Shown here piece after piece: positions 1 to 10,260 of a stretch of DNA of 51,277 nucleotides. Both the position numbers and the translations under genes were made by a program. The notes under the pieces were generated by a model. The model saw only the letters and a program-made list of their open reading frames with translations. It had not been told where the DNA came from and did not search any database. The stretch is taken from sequence record SRR31156797_589. The stretch is one strand, 5' to 3'. The first letter of the stretch is position 1. Each line of letters begins with the position of its first letter.

Positions 1-2
1 CA

Positions 3-548
3 ATTCCTATGTCAAATACTGGAGTACCGATATTCTATGGAATTATTCCAGTATTGACATTGCTTGTTGCCCATCTGACAATATCACAATTATCCTTAAA
101 ATCAACGTGGTTTCGCAATTTAACCAGCGGAAGACCAACAATTGTTATCAGCAAGGGTAAAGTTGAGGAAAAAACGCTGCGTAATCTAAGGTATTCATTG
201 GATGATTTATTTGAACAACTGCGTTTAAATGATGTATTCTCAATTGCTGATGTGGAATATGCAATACTTGAGACCAGCGGCAGACTGTCATTGCTGTTAA
301 AAAGCAGTAAGCGTCCTCCTAACATAGAAGATTTCAGAGGCAAGAGTGTTACTAATCCTCCTGTTTTAGTACCAAGGAATGTAATAGTAGATGGTGAAAT
401 AATTGATGATGAGCTAAAGCTCAGCAGATTTGATAATACTGAATTAATAAGCAATTTAGATAAATTAGGACATAGTGATTTAAAAAAAATATTTATCTGT
501 ACTGTTGTTGAGAAAAATATTTCATACATTCAGCTCAAGGAGAGATAA
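3..548 (+). CDS. DUF421/YetF-family membrane protein, 5'-truncated by the window edge
   Basis: Frame is open from the window start (IPMSNTGVPIFYGIIP). YetF-type motifs LRxLRYSLDDLFEQLR, DVEYAILETSGRLS and IVDGEI are present. Confidence 0.85.
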   Translation: MPMSNTGVPIFYGIIPVLTLLVAHLTISQLSLKSTWFRNLTSGRPTIVISKGKVEEKTLRNLRYSLDDLFEQLRLNDVFSIADVEYAILETSGRLSLLLKSSKRPPNIEDFRGKSVTNPPVLVPRNVIVDGEIIDDELKLSRFDNTELISNLDKLGHSDLKKIFICTVVEKNISYIQLKER

Positions 549-550
549 TT

Positions 551-931
551 ATGAAAACAATACTGATAATCATATGTACTTTAGTATTAATAATTGTGTT
601 TGATGTAACAGCAATGAATTTTATTGAAAAAGAGATGAGATACTATGAAGATAATATCTCATCTGCTGTTAAAAACATAGAAAGTGAAGATTATGAAGCT
701 GCCCTTACATCAATAGAAAGAATTGACAGCAAATGGTCAGAAAACGAATATAAATGGAATATGCTTTGCGACCATGCAGAAATCGAACAAATAACAATAC
801 TTCTGCAGAATGTAAAAGTTAACTACAAATCACAAGCTTATGATGAAGTACTGATTGATTTAGAGGAACTTAAATGTTCTCTATTATTCACATCGATGCG
901 ATATAATATCGTGCTTCATAATATTATTTAG
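551..931 (+). CDS. DUF4363-family protein
   Basis: 126 aa with an N-terminal TM, W..W..L.DHAEIE pattern and C-terminal NII. AAGGAG RBS. Usual partner of DUF421 in Clostridia. Confidence 0.75.
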   Translation: MKTILIIICTLVLIIVFDVTAMNFIEKEMRYYEDNISSAVKNIESEDYEAALTSIERIDSKWSENEYKWNMLCDHAEIEQITILLQNVKVNYKSQAYDEVLIDLEELKCSLLFTSMRYNIVLHNII

Positions 932-1573
932 TTATTTCTCCTGGTTTTCTTTATCTTTTTTCTTGGAAAAGAGTGGATTCTCTTCCCCTCTTAACAGCCT
1001 TCCGATATTCTTGCGATGCAGGAATAAAATCAGAGCACCAATACAGGTTAAAAATATCTTAAAAGCTAATGAATAGCTAGGAACAAACCATGCGACCAAT
1101 GGATAAATAAAGAAAATAGTAATTGAAGCTGCTGAAACATATCTGGTAATGACAATAGATATTATACCAGCTAGTAGAATCAACGCAGTTATTATTGGAT
1201 TAAATGCAAATAATATTCCTGTGCTGGATGCAACACATTTGCCACCCTTGAATTTAGATAATACAGGGAAAGCGTGACCTAATACTACACCTGCACCTGC
1301 AGTAATTCCAGCTAATTCAGATACTGCTTCACTGCTGTTAAATAACTTCATAGCTATAAATGCTGGTAAGAATCCCTTTAGCATATCTAGAATGAAATTA
1401 ATAATACCGAATTTGGGACCCATTACTCTGAAAACATTAGTTGAGCCAGCATTCATACTGCCTTTAGTTCTGATGTCATAGCCTGCAAATGTTTTTGATA
1501 GAAATACAGCTGGTGACAGCGACCCTATAAAGTAGCAGACCAGCAATATAATTACATAATAATACCAGTTCAT
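932..1573 (-). CDS. plsY: Glycerol-3-phosphate acyltransferase PlsY
   Basis: DIRTKGSMNAGSTNVFR, GHAFPV..KFKGGK and HRKNIGRL..GEE motifs. Overlaps the der stop codon (TAATG). Confidence 0.95.
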   Translation of the reverse strand: MNWYYYVIILLVCYFIGSLSPAVFLSKTFAGYDIRTKGSMNAGSTNVFRVMGPKFGIINFILDMLKGFLPAFIAMKLFNSSEAVSELAGITAGAGVVLGHAFPVLSKFKGGKCVASSTGILFAFNPIITALILLAGIISIVITRYVSAASITIFFIYPLVAWFVPSYSLAFKIFLTCIGALILFLHRKNIGRLLRGEENPLFSKKKDKENQEK

Positions 1574-2898
1574 TATTCATCGCCTCCTCTAGTTCTACAA
1601 ATTATTTTTATTGGTGTTCCTAAAAAGTCAAAAGTTTTACGGAAATGGTTTTCCAAATACCTTAAGTATGATTCTGGCATCAAGTCTTCATTATTTACAA
1701 ACAAAAGAAATGTAGGCGGAGCAACTGTAACTTGTGTAGCGTATAATATATTTAACTTTCGTCCCTTGTTTGTAGGTGGGGATACCAGCATTACAGCTTC
1801 ATCAATAGTGTCGTTTAATAAACCTGTTGTTATCTTAGTCTCTGTTTTTTCCTTAACTTTATTGACCATTTTAAGGATATTATCTACTCTTTTACCTGTT
1901 AGACATGAAATAAATATCATAGGAGCATAGTCAATGAAATATAATGAAGAGTATATTTTATTAGTGAATTCTTTCATCGTATTGTTGTCTTTTTCAACTA
2001 AGTCCCACTTATTAACAACTATGATGCACGCCTTTCCCATTTCCTCTACATAGCCTGCTATTCTAGCATCCTGTTCACTGACACCTTGAACAGCATCAAT
2101 CATAATGAGTGCAACATCACATCTTCTGACAGCTGTAAGAGACCTGATAACTGAATATCTCTCCAGCGAAGCATCCTCTATTTTTGCCTTTTTACGCATA
2201 CCTGCGGTATCAATTAGAATGTATTCCTTATCTTCTGTCGTGAAGTATGTATCAATAGCGTCTCTTGTGGTACCGGGAATATCACTGACTATTACTCGTT
2301 TATCCCCCGTGATAGAATTAACCAAGGACGATTTGCCAACATTGGGTTTTCCAATTATAGCAATTTTTACTGCATCTTTATCTGCGTTTTGATTTTCTGC
2401 ATCAGGAAATTCAGCAACTATTGCGTCCAGCAAATCGCCTAAACCCATACCCTGTACAGATGATATCGGGTGCGGTTCGCCCATCCCTAACTCATAGAAT
2501 TCGTATAAAAGCTCTTCATAATTCACATGGTCAACTTTGTTTACTGCTAATATAATTGGTTTATTACTTCGTCTTAAGAAGTCTGCAACCTCTCTATCAT
2601 CACGCAGCAGCCCATCCTTTGCATCCACAAAGAACACAATTACATCTGCGGTGTCTACAGCTAGTTCAGCCTGTTCTTTCATTTGTTTAAGCAGTACTTC
2701 TTCGCTTTGCAAATCAATACCGCCAGTATCTATCAGGGTGAAATAATTGTTCTGCCAGCTGGCATCAGCATATATCCTATCCCTTGTTACACCTGGAATA
2801 TCCTCAACTATTGCGACTCTTCGACCTACTATTCTATTAAAAAAAGTCGATTTACCCACATTGGGACGACCAACTATTGCTACTAATGGTTTAGCCAT
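1573..2898 (-). CDS. der: Ribosome biogenesis GTPase Der/EngA
   Basis: Two GTPase domains (GRPNVGKS...DTGG...NKVD and GKPNVGKS...DTAG...NKWD) followed by a KH-like C-terminus. Confidence 0.98.
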   Translation of the reverse strand: MAKPLVAIVGRPNVGKSTFFNRIVGRRVAIVEDIPGVTRDRIYADASWQNNYFTLIDTGGIDLQSEEVLLKQMKEQAELAVDTADVIVFFVDAKDGLLRDDREVADFLRRSNKPIILAVNKVDHVNYEELLYEFYELGMGEPHPISSVQGMGLGDLLDAIVAEFPDAENQNADKDAVKIAIIGKPNVGKSSLVNSITGDKRVIVSDIPGTTRDAIDTYFTTEDKEYILIDTAGMRKKAKIEDASLERYSVIRSLTAVRRCDVALIMIDAVQGVSEQDARIAGYVEEMGKACIIVVNKWDLVEKDNNTMKEFTNKIYSSLYFIDYAPMIFISCLTGKRVDNILKMVNKVKEKTETKITTGLLNDTIDEAVMLVSPPTNKGRKLNILYATQVTVAPPTFLLFVNNEDLMPESYLRYLENHFRKTFDFLGTPIKIICRTRGGDE

Positions 2899-2901
2899 GT
2901 A

Positions 2902-4242
2902 TTATTTCCTTCCGATTAATGGATTTTCCAGCAGTACTTCCAGCATACTGTATCCATCTAGTTCCTGAACTAACACTTTGCAGTCTTTCTCACGCTCAAT
3001 ATCATAAACTGTAATGTCATCCAGGAAAGTGTCTTTGCCGTCACGGAGCATATTTGTAGGAATTATTATAACATCAGGGTTAACATTTATCAACTGATTC
3101 AAAATGTCCTTACCGCATATAAGTCCTGTAACAGTTATACTGGTTCCGAATGTATTATTTACTACCTTAATGACATCTATATTAATATTCTTGGCTTTAT
3201 CCTTAATTTTATTATATAGCATACATGTATTATTGAAGGATGAAAAACCTGTTAAAGGTACTATTTTTTTGTTAGTATCAAGTAAAGAAATCTCATCATT
3301 ATAGAATTTCAATGCATCATCCAGCTCCTCATTAAGCTGATTTATCATGCCAACACCATTATTAATCTGTGCGGAATAATAACCGTCAGTATATATAGGG
3401 AATTCTCTGTTTGCAATAGAATACATTTCATCTGAAGCAAATACAAACTCATGGCTGTTTTTATCCATGAATTTACTATTAAATTCGTTAATAAAATCAA
3501 TGGTACTGCATGCATACTCTTCGCTGACTGGAGTAAGCTTTTCCAAGTTCTCTCTGTATTTTGTCATTCCTACAGGAACTACTGCAAGCGATTTTACCAT
3601 AGGATATAAGGACGCAAGATATGATATAGTCTCTTCTAGGATTTCACCGCCATTATAATCTGGGCAAAGCACTACCTGAGTATGCATAGATATATTATTG
3701 TCTGCCAGTCTTTCTAATTGCTGCTTAATCCTGCTGGCATTTTTGTTTCCCATTATTTCCGTCCGTACTTTTGCATTAATAGCATGAATGGAAATATATA
3801 ATGGTGATGCTTTTCGTCTGATTAGTCTGTCCATCTCACTATTGCTTATATTGGTCAGGGTAACATAATTACCAAAAGCAATACTATAACGCCAGTCATC
3901 ATCCTTTACATACAAACTTTCACGCATACCATCAGGCAATTGATCTACGAAACAGAACTTACAACGGTTAACACATTGTTTATATTCAGGATAAAGACTT
4001 TCTTTGTAATCAATACCGAGCGATTCATCAGCGTGCTTAATGATGTTTATATTTTTTTCTTTGCCTCTGCGATTGATGACAATATCGAGATTTGCCAGCG
4101 AACCAAAGAATTTCTCATCAATAAAGTCAATTAACGGCTCATTGTTAATTGAGATTACAATATCCCTCGCTTTAAGACCAGCTCTATGAGCAGGTGAGCC
4201 GAATTCAATTCTCTCAATTGTTTTTATATATTTATCGTTCAT
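2902..4242 (-). CDS. PDZ / radical-SAM-like DUF512 protein
   Basis: N-terminal PDZ-like GSPAHRAGL, then CVNRCKFCFVDQLP and KDDDWRYS. Typical position upstream of der. Confidence 0.9.
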   Translation of the reverse strand: MNDKYIKTIERIEFGSPAHRAGLKARDIVISINNEPLIDFIDEKFFGSLANLDIVINRRGKEKNINIIKHADESLGIDYKESLYPEYKQCVNRCKFCFVDQLPDGMRESLYVKDDDWRYSIAFGNYVTLTNISNSEMDRLIRRKASPLYISIHAINAKVRTEIMGNKNASRIKQQLERLADNNISMHTQVVLCPDYNGGEILEETISYLASLYPMVKSLAVVPVGMTKYRENLEKLTPVSEEYACSTIDFINEFNSKFMDKNSHEFVFASDEMYSIANREFPIYTDGYYSAQINNGVGMINQLNEELDDALKFYNDEISLLDTNKKIVPLTGFSSFNNTCMLYNKIKDKAKNINIDVIKVVNNTFGTSITVTGLICGKDILNQLINVNPDVIIIPTNMLRDGKDTFLDDITVYDIEREKDCKVLVQELDGYSMLEVLLENPLIGRK

Positions 4243-4439
4243 TATCTTCCTTAATTATTATATAGAGTATATATTAGTTTGTAATACATAGCAATTAATA
4301 ATAGAATAATTAATAATTTGCTCACTTATACAATTCTTAGCATATATACTTATTATAAGACATTTTCTCTTAGCTAATTCAATTTTTCTTACAATCAACT
4401 TACCTAGCATAATATATAGATTTATAATATAATTAAGAA

Positions 4440-6482
4440 GTGATTAATATTAGTATTGATACCCTAAAAGGGGTTGGCGAAAAAAGAAAAATATTCTTAA
4501 ACAATTTAGGCATATATCAGGTTTCAGATTTGCTTTATTATCTGCCGTATAAATATCTTGATATTTCAAAGAAAGAATTATTTTCCAATAAGCATAATGG
4601 TGAGCAAATTGTAGCAGAAGTTACTGTTATTAGCAAGCCATTCTACAAAAAATTACGTACAAATCTTAATATGACTATATTTTATGTGTCTGATGGGCAT
4701 ACAAAGGTAAAATGTACTTTTTTTAACCAACCTCATATCGTAAAACAAATTAATAAAGATGATGTAATAATAGTGTCAGGAGTAGTTTCAATCGATGGAT
4801 CATTATTTACCCTTACTAATCCTAAAATATTTTATAAGGATAAAATAAAAAATGATATTATTACATATTATAAATTACCAAAAGGACTGCAGAACAGAAC
4901 GTTTGAGAAATTAGTAAGCAAGGTAATTGATTTATACATTAATCAGATCATAGAACACTATCCAGACGATTTCAGACAAAAATACAGTCTTTGCAATATT
5001 ACTTATGCTCTGCAAAACATCCATAGACCTGCTGATATAAATGCACTGGATATTGCCCGCAGTAGACTAAGCTTTGATGAAATGGTGATGTTTTCTCTTG
5101 TATTAAAGAATAATAAACTTCTACAGGAAAACCAGCAAGGTATTCCAATAAATATCAATACAGATGAAATTAAAATTATCCTGAGTATTCTCCCCTACTC
5201 TCTCACAAATGCTCAGAATAGAGTATTAAACGAAATTATTGAAGATATATCTTGCGGTAAAAATGATACTCCTATGAATAGATTGATACAAGGCGATGTG
5301 GGATGCGGCAAAACAATTATTGCAATTCTTAGTGCATATCTTATCAGCAAATCGGGTTATCAAAGTATTATCATGGCACCAACGGAAATCTTAGCAAATC
5401 AGCACTATGAGGAGTTCAGCAGTGTTTTAGAGCAGTTTAATATTAACACTGCGCTTTTGACGTCATCTACTAGTCCATCTGAAAAAGAAGCTATATGCAA
5501 TGATTTAGTCAGTAACAAGATTCATGTTCTAGTAGGTACACATGCAGTACTTGAAGAAAATGTGAAATTTCATAATTTAGGACTTACAGTAACCGATGAA
5601 CAGCATAGATTTGGTGTACGTCAGCGTTCTCTTGTAAACAAAGGCAGATTTCCACATAAAATAATAATGTCCGCAACACCAGTTCCTAGGACTCTTGCAT
5701 TATTTTTGTATGGTGATTTGGATATTTCAAGTATTGACGAAATGCCGCCTGGAAGAAAAATTGTTAAAACTAGGATTATCAATAGTCATAAGCGCAATGA
5801 TATGTATCAATATATAGCAGAGCAGATAAAAAACAGCCAGCAGGCGTATATAGTCTGTCCTCTTATCAGTGATAGTGAGAAAATAGATGCTGTATCAGCT
5901 GATTCTCTCTATAGCGAGCTAAATAAATCATATTTCACTGATATTGATATTGGATTGCTTCATGGTAAACTTAAGTCAAATGAGAAGCAGAAGCTGCTGG
6001 AGGACTTTAAAATGGGTAAACTTCGTGCATTAGTCTCTACAACAGTTATTGAGGTAGGTATTAATGTTCCCAGTGCAACCCTTATGGTTGTAGAAAATCC
6101 AGAGAGATTTGGCTTAGCTCAGCTGCACCAACTTCGCGGCAGAGTAGGCAGAGGCAGTAAGCAATCATGGTGCTTTTTATCTTCCGATACTGATAATCCT
6201 ACCAGCCTTGAGAGACTCAGGGCTTTGGTTGAAATGAATGATGGATTTGAACTTTCTCAAAAGGACTTGGAACTGCGTGGCCCAGGTGAATTCTTTGGTC
6301 ACAGGCAAAGCGGCGTAATAGATTATAAAATTATGTCTTTAATGACAGATACAAATATGATGGAAATTGTTTCTGATGCAATTGATTATTTGAAGTCAAA
6401 TGACAGAGAGGCTTTTGATAAGCTAAAAGAAATATCAATTGCAAAATATAATAACAGGTTAAAAGATACAATACTTAATTAA
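4440..6482 (+). CDS. recG: ATP-dependent DNA helicase RecG
   Basis: LKGVG start, QGDVGCGKT, DEQHRFGV, MSATPVPRT, QLHQLRGRVGRG and DLELRGPGE motifs. GTG start. Confidence 0.97.
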   Translation: MINISIDTLKGVGEKRKIFLNNLGIYQVSDLLYYLPYKYLDISKKELFSNKHNGEQIVAEVTVISKPFYKKLRTNLNMTIFYVSDGHTKVKCTFFNQPHIVKQINKDDVIIVSGVVSIDGSLFTLTNPKIFYKDKIKNDIITYYKLPKGLQNRTFEKLVSKVIDLYINQIIEHYPDDFRQKYSLCNITYALQNIHRPADINALDIARSRLSFDEMVMFSLVLKNNKLLQENQQGIPININTDEIKIILSILPYSLTNAQNRVLNEIIEDISCGKNDTPMNRLIQGDVGCGKTIIAILSAYLISKSGYQSIIMAPTEILANQHYEEFSSVLEQFNINTALLTSSTSPSEKEAICNDLVSNKIHVLVGTHAVLEENVKFHNLGLTVTDEQHRFGVRQRSLVNKGRFPHKIIMSATPVPRTLALFLYGDLDISSIDEMPPGRKIVKTRIINSHKRNDMYQYIAEQIKNSQQAYIVCPLISDSEKIDAVSADSLYSELNKSYFTDIDIGLLHGKLKSNEKQKLLEDFKMGKLRALVSTTVIEVGINVPSATLMVVENPERFGLAQLHQLRGRVGRGSKQSWCFLSSDTDNPTSLERLRALVEMNDGFELSQKDLELRGPGEFFGHRQSGVIDYKIMSLMTDTNMMEIVSDAIDYLKSNDREAFDKLKEISIAKYNNRLKDTILN

Positions 6483-6493
6483 ACGAGGGACTT

Positions 6494-7159
6494 ATGAAAT
6501 ATCAAATAGTGAGAAGCGACAGAAAAACTATTACTTTAAAAATTGATAAGGAATGTAACATCATAGTACGTGCACCATATAATCTGGATAAAGTACATAT
6601 TGATAAGTTTATTAATGATAACATTAACTGGATAAACAAAAATATGAGAAAAATGCAGCAACAGGCAAAGCTGTATGAACCTAAGAAATATATCAATGGT
6701 GAAGTATTCTATATTTTTGGTAATGAATACAAAATGCAGATAGATGATAGTATAAAAAAAGTTTCATTTACAGATGATACAATTATTTTCCCATATGAAT
6801 ACCTTAACTATCCTGAAGAACAAATGAAAAAGTTCTATAAAAAACTAGCAAAAGGATATATCATACCCAGAGCTAAAGAAATATCTCTGCAATTAGGATT
6901 TACTCCCAAGAAATACTCAATAACCTCTGCTGAAAAGCGCTGGGGATCATGCTCGGCAAAGGGAGGAATTAACTTCTCCTACAAGCTGGTTATGGCGCAA
7001 AGGCATGCAATAGATTATGTTATTATCCATGAGCTTTGTCATATGAAATACATGAATCACTCAAAGGATTTCTGGGATTTAGTCGGTAAAATTATGCCCG
7101 ATTATAAGAAGTACAAAAAATATTTCAAGGAAAATGGGCATAAATTCAGAATAAAATAA
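6494..7159 (+). CDS. YgjP/DUF45 (M48/SprT-like) metal-dependent hydrolase
   Basis: RWGSCS and IDYVIIHELCH...NHS..FW zinc motif. GAGG RBS. Confidence 0.9.
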   Translation: MKYQIVRSDRKTITLKIDKECNIIVRAPYNLDKVHIDKFINDNINWINKNMRKMQQQAKLYEPKKYINGEVFYIFGNEYKMQIDDSIKKVSFTDDTIIFPYEYLNYPEEQMKKFYKKLAKGYIIPRAKEISLQLGFTPKKYSITSAEKRWGSCSAKGGINFSYKLVMAQRHAIDYVIIHELCHMKYMNHSKDFWDLVGKIMPDYKKYKKYFKENGHKFRIK

Positions 7160-7288
7160 ACCCTGATTATTATTAATAATTTAAGTATGCCTTAGTGAGA
7201 ATATTCTTACAGTTAAAAAACATGGTATAAAAATAAGAGTATATGAAATAATAAGATTGTAATATTAATGATAGGAAGGTTAAATAAT

Positions 7289-7564
7289 ATGACTAAGGAT
7301 ATGACTCGAGTAATTGAGCTGTCAGACAAGCTGAAGGCAATGTCTCATCCTCACCGCTTGTGTATTGTAAAGGAATTGATGGAAGACACTTCGAATGTCA
7401 CTGGTATTCAGCATCAGCTGGGTATCCCCCAGCCTAGTGTATCAGCCCATCTTGCGAAACTGAAAACTGCCGGTATAATTAAAGGCAACCGAAATGGACA
7501 AGAGATTAATTATACTGTAGTTGACAGCGATGCAAAAGCACTGGTTCATTCACTATTCCAATAA
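7289..7564 (+). CDS. ArsR/SmtB-family transcriptional regulator
   Basis: LKAMSHPHRLCIV...QPSVSAHLAKLK.AGII HTH. Start placed at ATG 7289 after the GGAAGG RBS. Confidence 0.9.
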   Translation: MTKDMTRVIELSDKLKAMSHPHRLCIVKELMEDTSNVTGIQHQLGIPQPSVSAHLAKLKTAGIIKGNRNGQEINYTVVDSDAKALVHSLFQ

Positions 7565-7568
7565 TAAA

Positions 7569-7614
7569 ATGACAGTATTGGCTTCAAATGACAGCTGATA
7601 CTGTCGTCTTTTTT
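7569..7614 (+). terminator. Intrinsic terminator after the ArsR gene
   Basis: Stem ATGACAGTATTGGCT / AGCTGATACTGTCGT with G-U pairs, followed by a T-run. Confidence 0.75.
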
Positions 7615-7702
7615 ATGAAATCCTTAAATATTGTAATTACCTGATTATACCATGATGAATATGTTTATATTGATACAGTTAAACTATCTTTGGGAGAATG
7701 AT

Positions 7703-8404
7703 ATGAGAAAAATTGTATTTATTGATTTTCATGGTACCCTAGCTTACAAATCATATTCAGTAACAATGAAAGAAGTTCTGGATGAAGCACATCCGGATAA
7801 TATAATTGAGAGTTCCGATTTTAGTGAAATTCTAAATGGATCCTATCCATGGGATACTCCTAATATCCATCATAAACACTTAAACACAAAGAAGAAGTGG
7901 TGGAATAAAATGCTTAAAAAGATTGAAAATGCATATAGCGAATTAGGGTATGAAGCTGACAGCAAACAATTAGCCAATACTTTTAAACTCCACTATACAA
8001 ATCCAGATAAATACAAAATATATGAAGACTCAATAGAAGGATTAAAAACACTGAAAAAACTAGGCTGTAAGATTTATATTGCATCAAATCATGTACCTGA
8101 ATTAAAGAAAATTATAAGAAAAATGCCAATTGGTAAATATATCAATAATGTATATACATCAGGAAAAATCGGATACGAAAAACCTAATGCATTTTTCTTT
8201 GAACACATGCTTATAGATCTGAGCATGCCAATAAAATGCATAATGATTGGAGATAATATAATTGCTGATGTTAAGGGTGCTGAAACTGCAGGGATTCAAG
8301 CAATCTTAATAAGGAACTCTGCACTAAAAGCAAATGCTAAGTATTATGCAAATGATATGAAAGAAGCTGTTGAGATTGCAAAAGATTTGCTGGATTTGAA
8401 TTAA
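7703..8404 (+). CDS. HAD-superfamily hydrolase (subfamily IA)
   Basis: Motif I FIDFHGTL, ASN, EKP and GDNIIAD. Start placed at 7703 after GGGAG. Confidence 0.85.
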   Translation: MRKIVFIDFHGTLAYKSYSVTMKEVLDEAHPDNIIESSDFSEILNGSYPWDTPNIHHKHLNTKKKWWNKMLKKIENAYSELGYEADSKQLANTFKLHYTNPDKYKIYEDSIEGLKTLKKLGCKIYIASNHVPELKKIIRKMPIGKYINNVYTSGKIGYEKPNAFFFEHMLIDLSMPIKCIMIGDNIIADVKGAETAGIQAILIRNSALKANAKYYANDMKEAVEIAKDLLDLN

Positions 8405-8407
8405 TTC

Positions 8408-8785
8408 CTATGGTGCAAGATACGTAAATGGCTGTAATGGTATATTTCTTGCAATGGTATATACAACAATAACAATAAAAAAAATATAAGCAGCCCATAA
8501 TGGTATATTAGGAAACGGAATATCAAATACTGACCATCTAATGAAATAAAAATAAACAGTAAGCAATAATGCTACTATAAACAGTCCCAATACATTGTAG
8601 CTTAACGCTTTTAAAATTTGCCCATGCATAATATAGTACACAAATCTAGTCATACCGCATCCCGGACAATAAAGATTCAGCAGGGTTTTTGACGGACAAG
8701 AAATGTGCAATGAGCCAATACCAGGTTCAGTATTATATGTATAAACAGTATATATAATAATGGCAATAGTAACAACTAATGCCAT
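8408..8785 (-). CDS. DUF2752-family membrane protein
   Basis: CP....LNLYCPGCGMTR motif, hydrophobic helices and C-terminal RN. Exact start uncertain. Confidence 0.85.
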   Translation of the reverse strand: MALVVTIAIIIYTVYTYNTEPGIGSLHISCPSKTLLNLYCPGCGMTRFVYYIMHGQILKALSYNVLGLFIVALLLTVYFYFIRWSVFDIPFPNIPLWAAYIFFIVIVVYTIARNIPLQPFTYLAP

Positions 8786-8807
8786 TATTTTTTTTATAAA
8801 GTTCTTA

Positions 8808-9323
8808 TTATTGATAATAGGTTCCTATTATATCTGTCAATTCTGAATAGTCAAAAGTAGCGAAAGAAATTATACCCCATATAATTGATACACCTAATGC
8901 TACAAAGAACAATATCATTGCAGTTTTAGCTTTGTTCTGAGCATCAAGATAATCGCCTCTTTTATAGCTCTGACTGGATAGAATTGCAAATACCAATGAT
9001 GGTATTGAGAGCAATTGGCAGCAGCATACAAGTGTTACAATAGACAGAATAAGCCATAATTGCCCTGGATCTTTTCCGTTTGGCTGATTGTTATTGTATT
9101 GTTGAGGCTGTTGATAGTTATTTGAAGTATTCTCGTATTGCTGCTGGGTGAATTCATTTTCGTAATCATTTGACTGTTGTGAATCACCAAAACTGTTGTC
9201 TTGAGAATACTGATTAGTCTGAGAGTTTTGATTTGTTTCTTCTAAATCAACAGAAGCTCCGCATTCACTGCAAAATGCATCTAAATCGCCAAGTACTGCT
9301 GAACAATTTTTACAATATTTCAT
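8808..9323 (-). CDS. Zinc-ribbon + CD225/dispanin membrane protein
   Basis: CKNC...FCSECG, a Q/N-rich linker, then LILSIVTLVCCC...AILSSQ...GDY..A...AKTA (CD225 pattern). AGGAG RBS before ATG 9323. Confidence 0.8.
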   Translation of the reverse strand: MKYCKNCSAVLGDLDAFCSECGASVDLEETNQNSQTNQYSQDNSFGDSQQSNDYENEFTQQQYENTSNNYQQPQQYNNNQPNGKDPGQLWLILSIVTLVCCCQLLSIPSLVFAILSSQSYKRGDYLDAQNKAKTAMILFFVALGVSIIWGIISFATFDYSELTDIIGTYYQ

Positions 9324-9482
9324 CCTGAATCTCCTAGTTGTAATTTCATATATCATACCATAATGTTATATTGGTTTACAAGCGTAAATACATTGTATCC
9401 CATTTTGTATTTATGTGAGTAATTCAGTACAAAATATACTTGTGAGTATTGATAAATCTAGAAGCCCCACATGTCTAATGCC

Positions 9483-9511
9483 TTGCACTATTTAGCAACA
9501 TCTGCTATAAT
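9483..9511 (+). promoter_or_regulatory. SigA-type promoter of pduL
   Basis: TTGCAC-17 nt-TATAAT with TG extended -10. Confidence 0.7.
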
Positions 9512-9568
9512 GTAGCGGTTAAAAAAGATAGTTATTGCAAGGAATGTTAGAATTAATAGGAGTAATAT

Positions 9569-10147
9569 ATGAGTAAAGATTTTTTAGTAGAAGTTTCAGC
9601 AAGACATGTTCATTTAGATAGAAAAACTCTGGATGCATTGTTTGGCGAAGGCTATGAACTAACACCATTGAGAGATTTGTCTCAGCCTGGACAATTTATC
9701 TGTGAAGAGAGAGTGACAATCGTTGGACCTAAAAGAACAATGGAAAATGTAGCAATTCTTGGACCAACACGTTCTGCTTGTCAGGTTGAAGTATCATTGA
9801 CAGACTGCTATGCCTTAGGTTCAATTGCACCTGTTAGAGAGAGTGGAGATATCGCAAATTCACCATCTATAATTATTAAGGGGCCAAAAGGTGAAGTAGA
9901 AATTAGTGAAGGCTTGATAGTAGCTAAGCGTCATATTCATATGACTCCACAGGATGCTGAGAGAATAGGAGTAAAGGATAAACAGATAGTATCAGTAAAA
10001 GTAGATACGTCAAGACCTTTAATCTTTGGTGATGTAGTAGTGAGAGTAAGCGAAAGCTACGGCTTGGCTATGCATGTTGACACAGATGAAGCTAATGCCG
10101 CTTGTATAGGCAGGGCTGGCTGTCAAGGTATAGTTATTGAAGGCTAA
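9569..10147 (+). CDS. pduL: Phosphate propanoyl/acetyltransferase PduL
   Basis: SARHVHL, LSQPGQF, LGPTR, RESGD, AKRHIHM and MHVDTDEANA motifs. Confidence 0.95.
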   Translation: MSKDFLVEVSARHVHLDRKTLDALFGEGYELTPLRDLSQPGQFICEERVTIVGPKRTMENVAILGPTRSACQVEVSLTDCYALGSIAPVRESGDIANSPSIIIKGPKGEVEISEGLIVAKRHIHMTPQDAERIGVKDKQIVSVKVDTSRPLIFGDVVVRVSESYGLAMHVDTDEANAACIGRAGCQGIVIEG

Positions 10148-10169
10148 ATAAAATATTAAGTGATAACAG

Positions 10170-10210
10170 AAACCTCCCTAGTTAAATTATTAGGGAGGTT
10201 TTGCTTTTTT
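10170..10210 (+). terminator. Intrinsic terminator after pduL
   Basis: AAACCTCCCTA / TAGGGAGGTTT inverted repeat followed by T-runs. Confidence 0.85.
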
Positions 10211-10260
10211 GCTAAGAATTCACATGGATATAACACTTATTGAAATATTTATAATGTTAT

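Noticed and set aside
911..938. dif-like site (GTGCTTCATAA-TATTAT-TTAGTTATTTC)
   Set aside because: The XerD arm matches poorly and the site lies inside two coding ends.
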